64,000 bases of DNA from Opitutia bacterium (GTDB lineage Bacteria > Verrucomicrobiota > Verrucomicrobiia > Opitutales > JABJCN01). Both the position numbers and the translations under genes were made by a program. Shown here one piece after another: positions 36,997 to 46,925 of the stretch. The notes under the pieces were generated by a model. The model saw nothing but the letters and a program-made list of their open reading frames with translations, was not told the origin of the DNA and ran no database searches. The stretch's first letter is position 1. Every line of letters begins with the position of its first letter. Where the stretch lies: assembly GCA_018668635.1 (NCBI GenBank), contig JABJCN010000092.1, positions 9,032 to 73,031 on the forward strand, in the 5' to 3' direction.

Positions 36997-37998
36997 ATGA
37001 CTGACAAGCCCAGAGTTTATGTTACCGACTTTATTGCGGAACCCTGTGAGATTGAGCGACGAATTCTTGGAGATATTGCGGAGGTTGTTGCGTTGGATGT
37101 TCCGAATGAAACTGAGTTGCCCGGCCAAATAGAGGATGCAACTGCAATAATGATGTACCACTGCGTTGAGATGTCGAAGCCTCTCATCAATAGCTTACGT
37201 AACTGTAAGCTTATTATCCGTTGTGGTGTCGGGTATGACAATATTGACATAGACGCAGCATTTGCACGCGGGATCCCCGTGGCCAATGTTCCAGACTATG
37301 GGACAGAGGAGGTTGCTGACTCTGCCATTGGCATGGCCTTAGCCCTTGCGAGGGGCATTCACCTTCATAATATTCGCCTTCAGCGTGAAGAACGAAACTG
37401 GACACATCACGCAGCTGTTCCACTAGCCCGATTACGTGATCGTACATTTGGAATTGTTGGTTTGGGTCGCATCGGGGGTGCGGTTGCTCTCCGAGCAAAA
37501 TCACTCGGTATGAATGTGGCATTTTTCGATCCCTATATCGCGGATGGAATAGACAAATCACTTGGCATACGACGCATGGAATCCCTGGATGAACTTTTGT
37601 GCATTTCCCATATTCTAAGCCTTCACACTCCGGGGTCAACAGAGACTCAGAATCTACTCAATGCTGATGCCATTTCACTTCTCCCAAAGGGAGCTTTTTT
37701 GATAAATACGGCTCGTGGCACAATTACAGACCCTAACGCTATTATTGATGCCCTTGCCTGTGGCCACCTTGCTGGCGCTGCTATAGATGTGTTGCCTAAG
37801 GAACCACCTCCACCAGACTCAGCTTTCCTAAAGGCATGGCGAGACCCCTCTCATCCCGCTTTTAGCCGCCTTATTTTGAATCCGCATGGTGCCTTTTACA
37901 GTGAGGAGGGCATGGATGATATGCGTATCAAGGGGAGTGAAAATTGCCGTCGCGCCATCCTTGGTGAGGCAATACGTAATGTGGTAAACGGACTCTAG
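36997..37998 (+). CDS. D-isomer-specific 2-hydroxyacid dehydrogenase (CtBP/PGDH-like), NAD-binding
   Basis: The Rossmann motif is GIVGLGRIGGAVALRAKSLGMNVAFFDPY. The catalytic region includes LINTARG and DVL..EP. The start is either ATG 36997 or TTG 36985. Confidence 0.85.
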   Translation: MTDKPRVYVTDFIAEPCEIERRILGDIAEVVALDVPNETELPGQIEDATAIMMYHCVEMSKPLINSLRNCKLIIRCGVGYDNIDIDAAFARGIPVANVPDYGTEEVADSAIGMALALARGIHLHNIRLQREERNWTHHAAVPLARLRDRTFGIVGLGRIGGAVALRAKSLGMNVAFFDPYIADGIDKSLGIRRMESLDELLCISHILSLHTPGSTETQNLLNADAISLLPKGAFLINTARGTITDPNAIIDALACGHLAGAAIDVLPKEPPPPDSAFLKAWRDPSHPAFSRLILNPHGAFYSEEGMDDMRIKGSENCRRAILGEAIRNVVNGL

Positions 37999-38087
37999 TT
38001 CATCCTGAATGTAACGTCAAAACATACCAATAATTGACCGACAGCATTCTGGAGTAATTACAGTGGAACAAGATTGGCCGTCCAGTC

Positions 38088-39020
38088 TCAGTTTATTACG
38101 GCCTTGATGTCCTCAAGTTTAGGCATTGATGGGGCAGTACCCGGTTTCGTAACAGAGAGCCCGGCAACCGCATTGCCGAAAATAGCCGCCTTGACGGTAT
38201 TCGCTTCATGGCAAAGGAGCCCTGCCGCGAAACCACCAACGAAGGCATCTCCTGCACCTGTTGTATCTATTGCAGTTATATTTTTGAGAATTGGAACGGT
38301 TTCGAAAACACTGTTTTCACAGACGATGCTTCCGCGTTCCCCAAGGGTTATAATCAGTGTTTTTAACCCCAGTTGCAGGCGGAGGCTATCGAGTTCTTCT
38401 TTATCGTAATCAAGTGGGTCTTTGTTGGGGTCACCGAGGTTCAAGCGTTCAACAATCGATGCAAACTCAGTCTCATTTGGGACCAAAATATCTACATTCT
38501 TAAGGATTTCGGGGTCAAAATCCGGTCGCATGGGTGCCGGGTTCAAGATGGTGGTTACTCCAGCTTGATGGGCCGTCTGCATAAAATAATCGGTGGCATT
38601 CAGGTTGGCTTCGAGTTGGCAAACGAGAATCTTTGCTTTTGTAATGAGATCAGTAGGAACATCTTCCCTGTGAAGGACACCGTTGGCACCAAGAGCGACG
38701 ATGATTTGGTTCTGACCTTCCTCATCAACAAGGATTGCTGCTGTACCTGAAGAATATCCAGGTTTCTCTATGAGGCGACATGGAAAGCCTTCATCATCGT
38801 AAAATTTCTTGGCAACCGAGGCGAAAGCATCCGGCCCGACTGCACCTGCATAAAGAATTCGGGCACCTGCGCGACCTGCAGCAATTGCTTGATTTGATCC
38901 TTTGCCTCCTGGTCCGGTCAGGAAGGTTCCAATAACTGTTTCGCCGGCTGAGGGAAAGTTTGGTGTATTCCAAGTCAAGTCTTGGACATAGCTACCTATG
39001 ATGATGATTTCAGGTTCCAT
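38088..39020 (-). CDS. rbsK: Ribokinase (PfkB family)
   Basis: Motifs are IIIIGSYVQDL, the GGKGSNQAIAAGRAG signature and a C-terminal DTTGAGDAFVGGFAAGL. Confidence 0.88.
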   Translation of the reverse strand: MEPEIIIIGSYVQDLTWNTPNFPSAGETVIGTFLTGPGGKGSNQAIAAGRAGARILYAGAVGPDAFASVAKKFYDDEGFPCRLIEKPGYSSGTAAILVDEEGQNQIIVALGANGVLHREDVPTDLITKAKILVCQLEANLNATDYFMQTAHQAGVTTILNPAPMRPDFDPEILKNVDILVPNETEFASIVERLNLGDPNKDPLDYDKEELDSLRLQLGLKTLIITLGERGSIVCENSVFETVPILKNITAIDTTGAGDAFVGGFAAGLLCHEANTVKAAIFGNAVAGLSVTKPGTAPSMPKLEDIKAVIN

Positions 39021-39138
39021 TGGCTTTTCCTTTTTTGGGTTGCGGCGATCGCTGTTGTGAAATGTTATGAGATCACTAAAAATTAACTAGTGATTAACTT
39101 TATACTGTCCATAGGAGAATTTTACAAATCCAGAAATC

Positions 39139-39798
39139 ATGAGCGTAGAACCAACCTTTTCATACTATTTTGCCGGGGAGCTTTTTGACTTTAAACATCT
39201 GTCGGGTAACGTAGTGTTGGCAGACGCGATTCAGAAATTATCCGCTGGTCGCTACAAGACGAACCTGCCGCAGGATTTGGAGCAACGCGAAGTCACGCCT
39301 CATCACATTCGAGACCAGGATATACTAACCTTACTGGAGTCGGACCTCGGTGTTTTTAATTATGATGGCCCTGAACTGGATTCAGGCACGGTAGTGGAGT
39401 ATCTTTTTGCTAAGTTTGCAGATATCCCATCTGTTCTTTTACGTACTGATTTCCGGGGTGGTGGTGACCAGGAGCATTTTCCTTGGAACTTGATGACGAG
39501 TTTTTTTCCGCGTACGGAGGTTTTGCTTTTCGATGCGTTGTCCGTTTATAAGCGCAAGCGTGCTGAGTTATCAGAAGATTCTCACGCTGCATCAACAGCG
39601 ATGGTTCACGAATTCGCGAAAGCCGTCATAGGGGCATTTGACAAGGTTTTAAAGGAACCACCTGTAATGCCATCCTCAGATCAGGAGACCCTTTACCGTT
39701 GGTTGTCTTCCATGTCCAATTTCGGCGAAACGTTCCCCAATGCCGAGGAGTTAATTATGAAGGCCATGGAACGGAAACAGCAAAAAGAGTTGTTGTAG
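39139..39798 (+). CDS. Nucleoside 2-deoxyribosyltransferase-fold protein (putative nucleoside or nucleotide N-glycosidase)
   Basis: The N-terminal YYFAGELF and the central DSGTVVEYLFA resemble the PF05014 YxAGPxF and DxGTxxExGxA motifs. The C-terminal roughly 90 aa are unassigned. Confidence 0.5.
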   Translation: MSVEPTFSYYFAGELFDFKHLSGNVVLADAIQKLSAGRYKTNLPQDLEQREVTPHHIRDQDILTLLESDLGVFNYDGPELDSGTVVEYLFAKFADIPSVLLRTDFRGGGDQEHFPWNLMTSFFPRTEVLLFDALSVYKRKRAELSEDSHAASTAMVHEFAKAVIGAFDKVLKEPPVMPSSDQETLYRWLSSMSNFGETFPNAEELIMKAMERKQQKELL

Positions 39799-39808
39799 TA
39801 TTTTATCC

Positions 39809-40429
39809 ATGGAATTGATGGTTCTCCAGAATCCCCTGTCAGATGAATGCCTGGCTGTTCTTCGGGATCATAGAACGCCTGCGGGTGCATTTCGTTCTGC
39901 CGGTCGCAGGATTAGCTTGCTTCTAGCTGCAGAAGCAGGGAAGTGTCTTGCGACGCGGGAGGCTCCAGTTGAGAGCCCATTGGAGTCCACGGTTTGCCGT
40001 ACGCTTGCTCAGGAAGTCGTCCTTGTCCCTATCCTTCGGGCAGGACTGGGGATGGTTGATGCATTTCTCGAGCTTTTTCCTGACGCAGAAATTGGACATG
40101 TTGGACTTGAGCGCAACGAGCAGACAGCGAAGGCGGACAGTTATTATTGCAAGCTACCTGAGCTTGCCGGCAAGCAGGTTTTTATTTTGGACCCAATGCT
40201 TGCAACGGGCGGGTCCTTGGCAATGGCAGCCAATGTAGTCAAGTCGCGTGGCGCCAAAAGCTTGGTGGCGGTTTCCATCATTGCTGCACCAGAAGGAGTT
40301 AGGAAAATGAGCGAAGATCATTCTGATGTTTCCTTGATTCTTGGTGCGGTAGATCGCGAACTGGATACCTGCAAATATATTCGCCCCGGGCTCGGTGACT
40401 ACGGGGATCGCCTTATGGGGACCAATTAA
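39809..40429 (+). CDS. upp: Uracil phosphoribosyltransferase
   Basis: Motifs are VLVPILRAGLGMVD, the PRPP loop VFILDPMLATGGS and a C-terminal YIRPGLGDYGDRLMGT. Confidence 0.92.
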   Translation: MELMVLQNPLSDECLAVLRDHRTPAGAFRSAGRRISLLLAAEAGKCLATREAPVESPLESTVCRTLAQEVVLVPILRAGLGMVDAFLELFPDAEIGHVGLERNEQTAKADSYYCKLPELAGKQVFILDPMLATGGSLAMAANVVKSRGAKSLVAVSIIAAPEGVRKMSEDHSDVSLILGAVDRELDTCKYIRPGLGDYGDRLMGTN

Positions 40430-40441
40430 GATATTTTTATC

Positions 40442-41596
40442 ATGGAACAAAATTACGATCTTGAAAGCAAAGTTTATCCGGTTGGGGACGATTATGTTAG
40501 CATGGCGGACCTCCTTCGTTGGTTTACGAGCGAGGAACACATGGTTGGCAATATGTCACGAATGTCGGATGTCCATGTCAAGGTGGGCCGTCCCTTCAGT
40601 TACCGTTTTGACGATGAAATGGAAGTCATCCCCCATGGCGAGCCCTTGACGCAGGAAATTATTGAAGCGTTGATTTTCCCTTTGCTAACAGAGCGCAACT
40701 GCCAGCTCCTCCAGTCCGGTGATGTCAAGGATTTGGATTGTGGGTTTTCCTGGGAGGAAGGGGGTGTCAACTTCCGTATCAACATCTTTCACGACCGTGA
40801 TGGATTGGCCATGGTAATGCGTATGCTTTCGAGTCACGTACCCAGTATTTCAGAAGTCGGCTTTCCCTACGATAGTGTTTGGGAGGACATTGTCGGTCTT
40901 AAGCAGGGACTCTGCCTAGTCACCGGTGTCACAGGCTCAGGCAAATCCACTACAATTGCCAGTCTTATCGAGCATATAAATCAGGAGCGAAAGACTCGAA
41001 TTATAACTCTCGAAGACCCAATTGAGTTTGTTTTTGAGAGTAAGGAGTCCATGATTTCCCAAAGGGAAATAGGTAATGATGTTGCTAGCTTCTCTGCAGG
41101 TCTTCGCAGTGCATTGCGCGAAAATCCGGATATTATTTTCATCGGGGAAATGCGTGATCAGGAAACAGCTGGACTTGCCTTAAGTGCGGCAGAAACAGGC
41201 CACCTTGTTTTTTCAACCCTTCATACACGGGATACCAAAGGTGCTATCAGCCGTATTGTTGACATGTTTCCTGCTGAACAAGCCAAAGGCCTGGCACTTC
41301 AGCTATCCTTCAGCATCGGTGCGGTTATCAGTCAGAAACTGATTCCAAGGGAGGATGGCCAGGGTCGCGTCGTTGCAATGGAAGTCCTCCGAAATACATC
41401 CGGTTTGGGTAATGTAATCCGTACGCAGAACCTTGCTCAAGTCTACTCCATGCTGGAAACCCAGAAGAAAGAGGGTATGCAGACCATGGAGCAGCATCTG
41501 GTTGATCTTTATGCCGAAGGCGTCATTTCCTACGACAACGCGGTAAACCACGCCAACGACCTTTCTATTCTCGACCAGTTAAAGGAATATGAGTAG
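40442..41596 (+). CDS. pilT: PilT/PilU-family type IV pilus retraction ATPase
   Basis: Walker A is GVTGSGKSTT. The Asp box is ITLEDPIEF, Walker B is IIFIGEMRD and the His box is GHLVFSTLHT. Confidence 0.88.
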   Translation: MEQNYDLESKVYPVGDDYVSMADLLRWFTSEEHMVGNMSRMSDVHVKVGRPFSYRFDDEMEVIPHGEPLTQEIIEALIFPLLTERNCQLLQSGDVKDLDCGFSWEEGGVNFRINIFHDRDGLAMVMRMLSSHVPSISEVGFPYDSVWEDIVGLKQGLCLVTGVTGSGKSTTIASLIEHINQERKTRIITLEDPIEFVFESKESMISQREIGNDVASFSAGLRSALRENPDIIFIGEMRDQETAGLALSAAETGHLVFSTLHTRDTKGAISRIVDMFPAEQAKGLALQLSFSIGAVISQKLIPREDGQGRVVAMEVLRNTSGLGNVIRTQNLAQVYSMLETQKKEGMQTMEQHLVDLYAEGVISYDNAVNHANDLSILDQLKEYE

Positions 41597-41618
41597 TCGC
41601 TTATTTTGCTGGGGCAAC

Positions 41619-42260
41619 TCAGGTTCCAACGGTCAGAATGGCAATCTGTATACAGCCAATAAGGAATCCAAGTACAGCCCCTGCCAACTCAATGAATTTG
41701 AACTCCTTGCGTAGGATTTCAAATAGTACTTCTTCCAGTTTATCAGAGGAAAATCTTGAAACTTTTTCCTGTACGATCTCACGTATATCAAGCTTTTCCT
41801 TGAGCTTGTCTTGGAGGGTTCCCACCCATTCCTCCAAACCGTCTCCAAACTCTTCGAAAATCAAGCTTTTTGCCTTATTGATGAGGGATTCATCGACAAA
41901 CATGCTGGCCATTGGGATTCCTGCTATTAACTTTCCAAGACCCGATTCGATTTTTGCTTCCATGATTTGTCTAATCTCATCACCCTTGGTCTGCGCTGTG
42001 ACTTTTTCTAGGATTTCCTCGGTTGAAATGAGTTCCTCGGCGACGACTTTACCCAACTTTTGCCCGAGTGCATTTTGACGTTTTGGGAAAACTCCCTGTA
42101 GCGAAAATAAACCAAGATTAACAGGCTTCTTTGGATGAAAAAGCATTTTTATGGCCAGATAGTTTGTAATCCAGCCAATCAATAGTCCGGCGAAAGGTAA
42201 AATGAGTAGTCTTGTGTTTTCCATGAGTTTCCCGGTTATGTTGATTGGAACAAAATTCAA
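41619..42260 (-). CDS. DUF445-family membrane protein
   Basis: The motif GWITNYLAIKMLFHPKKP...GVFPKRQNALGQKLGKVV is followed by a C-terminal transmembrane helix. Confidence 0.7.
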   Translation of the reverse strand: MNFVPINITGKLMENTRLLILPFAGLLIGWITNYLAIKMLFHPKKPVNLGLFSLQGVFPKRQNALGQKLGKVVAEELISTEEILEKVTAQTKGDEIRQIMEAKIESGLGKLIAGIPMASMFVDESLINKAKSLIFEEFGDGLEEWVGTLQDKLKEKLDIREIVQEKVSRFSSDKLEEVLFEILRKEFKFIELAGAVLGFLIGCIQIAILTVGT

Positions 42261-42326
42261 TCTTATATTTTCTGTGGCCTATCAGGATTGACCGCTGTCC
42301 ATAGAATTGCATCCTTTAATCTCATA

Positions 42327-43394
42327 ATGAGCAATAGATTTGTAGTCATAATGGCTGGAGGACGCGGGGAGCGTTTCTGGCCTCAAAGTCGCCTCAAGAA
42401 GCCAAAGCATCTTTTGCCAATTGTAGGAGATAAAGCGATGTTGGCTCAAGCAGTTGACCGTGTGCTCGGGTTGGTGCCTCCTGAAAATATTTTCATCATT
42501 ACAAATGCAGAACAACGTGATGCCGTGCTTGAAATTTGTCCGGAGGTGCTTCCGGCTCAAGTGATTGGTGAACCAGTGGGCAGAGACACTGCGGCTGCAG
42601 TTGGTCTTGCTGCTGTTCTTGTTCAGGAGCGCAACCCTGCAGGTGCATTTGCTATTCTTCCCGCTGATCATGTGATTCATGACACCGAGGGTTTCCAAAA
42701 GACTCTGTCTCTTGGCTTTGAGCAGGCAGAGAAAGGGGAGTATTTGGTTACAATCGGTATTGCCCCATCGGAACCGGCCACTGGATATGGCTATATTCAC
42801 CAAGGAGAACGGGCCTCCGTTGAGAGCCCGGTCTTTAAGGTACAGCGTTTTGTGGAAAAGCCTGACTTGGAAACAGCCAAAGGTTATCTGGCCAGTGGTG
42901 AATACGCCTGGAATGCTGGTATGTTTGTCTGGCAGGCATTAACAGTCCGGCAGTCTATTGCCAGGTTTGTCCCAGAGCTAGAGGCAAGTCTCACCGCTAT
43001 ACAGTCCGAGCTCTCGATTGGCACAGAGCTCTCATCTGTTCTTTCACTCCACTATCCTTCTATCCAAAAGATTTCCATAGACTTTGCGGTCATGGAAAAG
43101 GCGGACAATGTATTGACCATCCCTGCTGCTTTTGACTGGGACGATGTGGGCGAATGGCCTGCCGTTGCCCGCCATTATGAAGCTGACGCGGGTGGTAATG
43201 TATCTCGTGGAAAGTCTGTTCTTAAGGACTCTTCCAGCAATATCATCTTCTCAGACGAAGGACATTTGGTCGCGCTTCTTGGAGTGGATGACTTAATTGT
43301 TATTCGCACTCCGGATGCCACCCTTGTTTGCCATAAGGACCAGGCTCAGAATATCAAGGAACTCGTTTCTGTTATTGGAGAAGAACTGCATTAA
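42327..43394 (+). CDS. Mannose-1-phosphate guanylyltransferase-like nucleotidyltransferase
   Basis: Motifs are VVIMAGGRGERFWPQSR...PKHLLP, then GYGYI. There is no C-terminal cupin/PMI domain. I prefer the ATG at 42327 over the track start at 42288. Confidence 0.82.
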   Translation: MSNRFVVIMAGGRGERFWPQSRLKKPKHLLPIVGDKAMLAQAVDRVLGLVPPENIFIITNAEQRDAVLEICPEVLPAQVIGEPVGRDTAAAVGLAAVLVQERNPAGAFAILPADHVIHDTEGFQKTLSLGFEQAEKGEYLVTIGIAPSEPATGYGYIHQGERASVESPVFKVQRFVEKPDLETAKGYLASGEYAWNAGMFVWQALTVRQSIARFVPELEASLTAIQSELSIGTELSSVLSLHYPSIQKISIDFAVMEKADNVLTIPAAFDWDDVGEWPAVARHYEADAGGNVSRGKSVLKDSSSNIIFSDEGHLVALLGVDDLIVIRTPDATLVCHKDQAQNIKELVSVIGEELH

Positions 43395-43427
43395 GTTCTC
43401 CTGCCATTACTTCCTCTTAAAATTCCT

Positions 43428-43883
43428 ATGATGAACGTACTCGGTATAGACTACGGGCGCAAACGCATCGGCCTTAGCTTTGCAGATGGTGATGTTGGTG
43501 TGGCAGTCCCCGTGGCACCTTTGGTCAATTTGCAAGGGGCAGCTTTATTTGAGGCTCTAGGCAAGATATTGCAGGAGCGCAAAGTTGACGAGATCGTTAT
43601 TGGCTATCCATTGCATATGGACGGTACCCCTGGTCGTCGCGTCCAAGAGGTAGAAGAGTTTGTTAATGCCTTGAATAATCGTTTTGGCCTATCGGTTCAT
43701 AAGGTGGACGAACGACTTAGCACTGCGCGAGTTGAGGCTGATTTTCATACTTTTGGAAAAAAAGTATCAAAAAAATCAGGTGAGATCGATTCCAGCGCGG
43801 CTGCATTGATTTTACAGGACTTTCTGGAGCAACGGAATTTTAGTACTGAAGTGGCTGAATTCCTTGAGTTTGAAGATGATTGA
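43428..43883 (+). CDS. ruvX: Holliday-junction resolvase-like nuclease RuvX/YqgF
   Basis: Motifs are VLGIDYGRKRIGLSFAD, VIGYPLHMDGT and VDERLST. Confidence 0.88.
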   Translation: MMNVLGIDYGRKRIGLSFADGDVGVAVPVAPLVNLQGAALFEALGKILQERKVDEIVIGYPLHMDGTPGRRVQEVEEFVNALNNRFGLSVHKVDERLSTARVEADFHTFGKKVSKKSGEIDSSAAALILQDFLEQRNFSTEVAEFLEFEDD

Positions 43884-44634
43884 TTCCAATGAAAAAACCT
43901 TCAAGTGGAAGGGTGTTTGTGCTTATGATGGAACGGATTTTGAGGGATGGCAGAGCCAACCCTGTGGAAATACAATCCAAGATATTCTAGAGGCCCGGCT
44001 TACTAAAGTTTTTAAGAAGGCAATTCGTATACATGGAAGTGCTCGTACAGATTCCGGCGTTCATGCCAAACAACAGGTTTTTCATTTTGAAGCAGCATGG
44101 AAGCATCCTTCCGACGCTTTATTTCGCGCCCTTTCAAGCGGGCTTCCTGACGGCATTCATTTGATAAGTATTCGAAAGGTAAAAAAAGATTTCCATGCCT
44201 TGCGCACAGCTAGAGGCAAGCGCTATATATACCGGATTCATGAGAGTCAGGCATCTCCATTTGAGTCACGCTTTTGCTGGTCTCTCGGAGGGTCTTTTCT
44301 TAATGTAGCAAAGATGCAAATAGCGGCGGGATTCCTTCTTGGCACCCATGATTTCACGGCATTTTCGGCTACAGGCAGCAGTCCTGGAGACAATCCTGTC
44401 AAGGAGTTGCGGCGTCTAGATGTTCGAAAGCGTGGTCCCCATGTTACAATAACTGTCGAGGGCAGTGGTTTTCTATATAAAATGGTTCGAAGGTTGGTTG
44501 GCGCTCTTTATAATATTGGCTTGGGCCGACTGGATCCTGAAAAAATTAAAACCCTTCTTGCAAACCGCAAACGGGAGCTGGTAATTATAACAGCACCTGC
44601 ACAAGGATTATGCTTAGAGAAGGTAATATATTGA
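43876..44634 (+). CDS. truA: tRNA pseudouridine(38-40) synthase
   Basis: Motifs are YDGTDFEGWQSQP and HGSARTDSGVHAKQQV, the latter carrying the catalytic Asp. The ATG at 43876 overlaps the ruvX stop by 8 nt. Confidence 0.9.
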   Translation: MIDSNEKTFKWKGVCAYDGTDFEGWQSQPCGNTIQDILEARLTKVFKKAIRIHGSARTDSGVHAKQQVFHFEAAWKHPSDALFRALSSGLPDGIHLISIRKVKKDFHALRTARGKRYIYRIHESQASPFESRFCWSLGGSFLNVAKMQIAAGFLLGTHDFTAFSATGSSPGDNPVKELRRLDVRKRGPHVTITVEGSGFLYKMVRRLVGALYNIGLGRLDPEKIKTLLANRKRELVIITAPAQGLCLEKVIY

Positions 44635-45362
44635 AACTAGTATACCGCAAGCGGGAGAGCCTATTTGACCTGCTATATCCACGCAATTGTATACATTGTA
44701 ACCGACTTGTCCCTGATGCTAGTCCCTTGCGGTATCTTTGTTCTTCTTGCTTCTTGGATGTTGAAATTTTTAAACCACCTTGTTGCCAGATTTGTGGGTT
44801 CCCTTTCTATGGCATGGTTGTTGGGGATAGGGTTTGTCCGCACTGTAAGGATTTGAATCCCAAATTCAAACGAGGCTATACGGCCTTTCATTTAAGAGGG
44901 CCGATGCGGGATCTGGTTCATGCGCTGAAGTATCAGAGGGGATTTTATGCGATACAGGATTTGATTACAGTCTTATTGATGTCGCCGGGAATTCGTGAAC
45001 TTCTTGTTGATGCTGTTCTTGTGCCTGTGCCCCTGCATCCATGGCGGCAGTTTCGTCGATCTTATAATCAAAGTTTGCTATTAGCTAAACGATTAGTTCA
45101 AGAAGTGCCCGGTGCGCGGCTTGAAAATATTTTGCAACGAGTGCGCTGGACCGGCAGCCAAACACGATTATCAAGGGAGAGGCGTCAGAGGAATATGCGT
45201 GCTTCTTTTGAGTTAAAGAAAGGCTTCTCGGTGAATCCTAACAATCATTATGTGGTTTTGGATGACGTCTTTACGACAGGTTCCACACTCAATGCATGTT
45301 GTGCGGTACTTCGGCAGGGTTTTGCCACCAACCTTGACATCCTTGCCTTTGGCCATGGATAA
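44610..45362 (+). CDS. comF: ComF-family phosphoribosyltransferase-domain protein
   Basis: N-terminal Cys pairs are CIHC..CSSC..CQIC..CPHC. These are followed by VPVPLH and the PRT motif [13 protein letters not shown]. Confidence 0.85.
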   Translation: MLREGNILKLVYRKRESLFDLLYPRNCIHCNRLVPDASPLRYLCSSCFLDVEIFKPPCCQICGFPFYGMVVGDRVCPHCKDLNPKFKRGYTAFHLRGPMRDLVHALKYQRGFYAIQDLITVLLMSPGIRELLVDAVLVPVPLHPWRQFRRSYNQSLLLAKRLVQEVPGARLENILQRVRWTGSQTRLSRERRQRNMRASFELKKGFSVNPNNHYVVLDDVFTTGSTLNACCAVLRQGFATNLDILAFGHG

Positions 45363-45376
45363 TATTGTGTTTTCAT

Positions 45377-46321
45377 ATGCCACTTTTCAGGAAAAAATAT
45401 TCCACGGTCAAGGTGGACTCCCGGGGTAAGGAACGTATCCCTGAGGGGTTTTATGTAAAAGACCCATTAAGCCAACAAATTATCTACTCCAAGGAACTGG
45501 AGCAGAACCTTATGGTTGTGCCACAGAGTGGATACCATTTCCCTATGTCGGCACCAGCGCGAATAAAGTCCTTGGTGGATGAAGCGTCATTTCATGAGGC
45601 AGATGTGGAAATGAAGTCCTCAGACCCATTAAAGTTCCGTGGGGTTTCATCGTATTCAAGCAAGTTGAACGCGCACAGCAAGAAGACTGGGCTCAATGAT
45701 CCTGTGGTCCGGGGGGTTGCCAGGATGGGCGGGGCCCCGGTCTCCCTTGCTGTCATGGACTTCCGTTTTCTTGGGGCTAGTATGGGATCTGTTTCCGGGG
45801 AAAAAATCACAAGGGCAATTGAGTATGGAGTGGATAACGAAGTCCCCGTTATTGTTGTTTGCTCTTCTGGAGGAGCCCGAATGTACGAGGGAATCCTTAG
45901 CCTTATGCAAATGGCAAAGACCAGTGCCGCATTGGGCCGCCTTGCGCAGAAAGGCATTCCTTACATTGCTGTTCTGACAAATCCGACCATGGCCGGGGTA
46001 ATGGCAAGCTTTGCTTCTTTGGGTGACCTAATTCTTGCCGAGCCAGGAGCTCTTATCGGCTTTGCCGGGCCACGAGTCATAAAGGAGACTACCCAACAGG
46101 ATTTACCAGATGGGTTTCAGACTTCTGAGTTCCTATTGGATCATGGCCTTCTTGATCAGATCGTGGAGCGTAAAGATCTTCGCAATCGACTTATTTATTT
46201 TATAGAAACCTTTGGTTATGGAGCTAATCGAGACGTCACTGGTTTGCCGATAAAGAAAGTAGCAAAGAGGCCTGCTAAACGCGTTGCAAAAAAAGCAACT
46301 ACCAAGCGTCGAAAGGCTTAA
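45377..46321 (+). CDS. accD: Acetyl-CoA carboxylase carboxyltransferase beta subunit; Zn-ribbon cysteines absent; basic C-terminal tail
   Basis: The core reads [23 protein letters not shown]...[27 protein letters not shown]. The N-terminal [35 protein letters not shown] aligns to E. coli [35 protein letters not shown] with all four Cys replaced. Confidence 0.88.
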   Translation: MPLFRKKYSTVKVDSRGKERIPEGFYVKDPLSQQIIYSKELEQNLMVVPQSGYHFPMSAPARIKSLVDEASFHEADVEMKSSDPLKFRGVSSYSSKLNAHSKKTGLNDPVVRGVARMGGAPVSLAVMDFRFLGASMGSVSGEKITRAIEYGVDNEVPVIVVCSSGGARMYEGILSLMQMAKTSAALGRLAQKGIPYIAVLTNPTMAGVMASFASLGDLILAEPGALIGFAGPRVIKETTQQDLPDGFQTSEFLLDHGLLDQIVERKDLRNRLIYFIETFGYGANRDVTGLPIKKVAKRPAKRVAKKATTKRRKA

Positions 46322-46392
46322 GCCCAGAGATACTGCAGAACCCAGGCCACTTGTAGATGATTAATGGAGAATTTCCTGGTCAAGCTATTGGA

Positions 46393-46842
46393 CTAATTGA
46401 TGCGGCCCTCGTCAGCCTCTATCATGTCAGCGAATGAGATTAAATCATCTCGGTCCTTGATGCCCATTTTATCCTTAGTTTCAGCTAGGGCCTCGCGTCC
46501 CATTTCGCTCATTCCCATCTGAACGACCTTTCGGTTCCACACATGGACGCGCAAATCTTTAGGGAAAATGTCTAGCATGCGTTTATCAACCTCTGTTGGA
46601 TTCACACTAGAGCGGACGATTTCGATGATTTCTTTCGGGTCAATGCCGAGGTGTAAGCATAGGAACCCATCAAAACCTTTTGTGAAATTACGCTGATAGC
46701 TTTTGGGTAGTTCTCCTGAGAGATGTTTGTGGATTTTGGCCAGAAACCTGGGGAGATGCAGAAGTCCGCACTTGTGTGGGAGGTAGGGAGATGGTAAGTC
46801 ATGTAGGATTGCTCCTGTGGGCCCGAGATCAGGTTCATTCAT
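46393..46842 (-). CDS. Hypothetical protein (possibly DUF5069-like)
   Basis: A 149-aa ORF with even coding texture. The motif LLHLPRFLAKIHKHLSGELP..Y resembles what I recall of DUF5069. The function is unknown. Confidence 0.55.
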   Translation of the reverse strand: MNEPDLGPTGAILHDLPSPYLPHKCGLLHLPRFLAKIHKHLSGELPKSYQRNFTKGFDGFLCLHLGIDPKEIIEIVRSSVNPTEVDKRMLDIFPKDLRVHVWNRKVVQMGMSEMGREALAETKDKMGIKDRDDLISFADMIEADEGRIN

Positions 46843-46925
46843 GGTGTAATTAGTTAAGAGATTGCTTTTGTGCGAACTCAGACCATTGAAACAATCATAA
46901 ACTTTGTTTTTTCATTAGAATCTGC

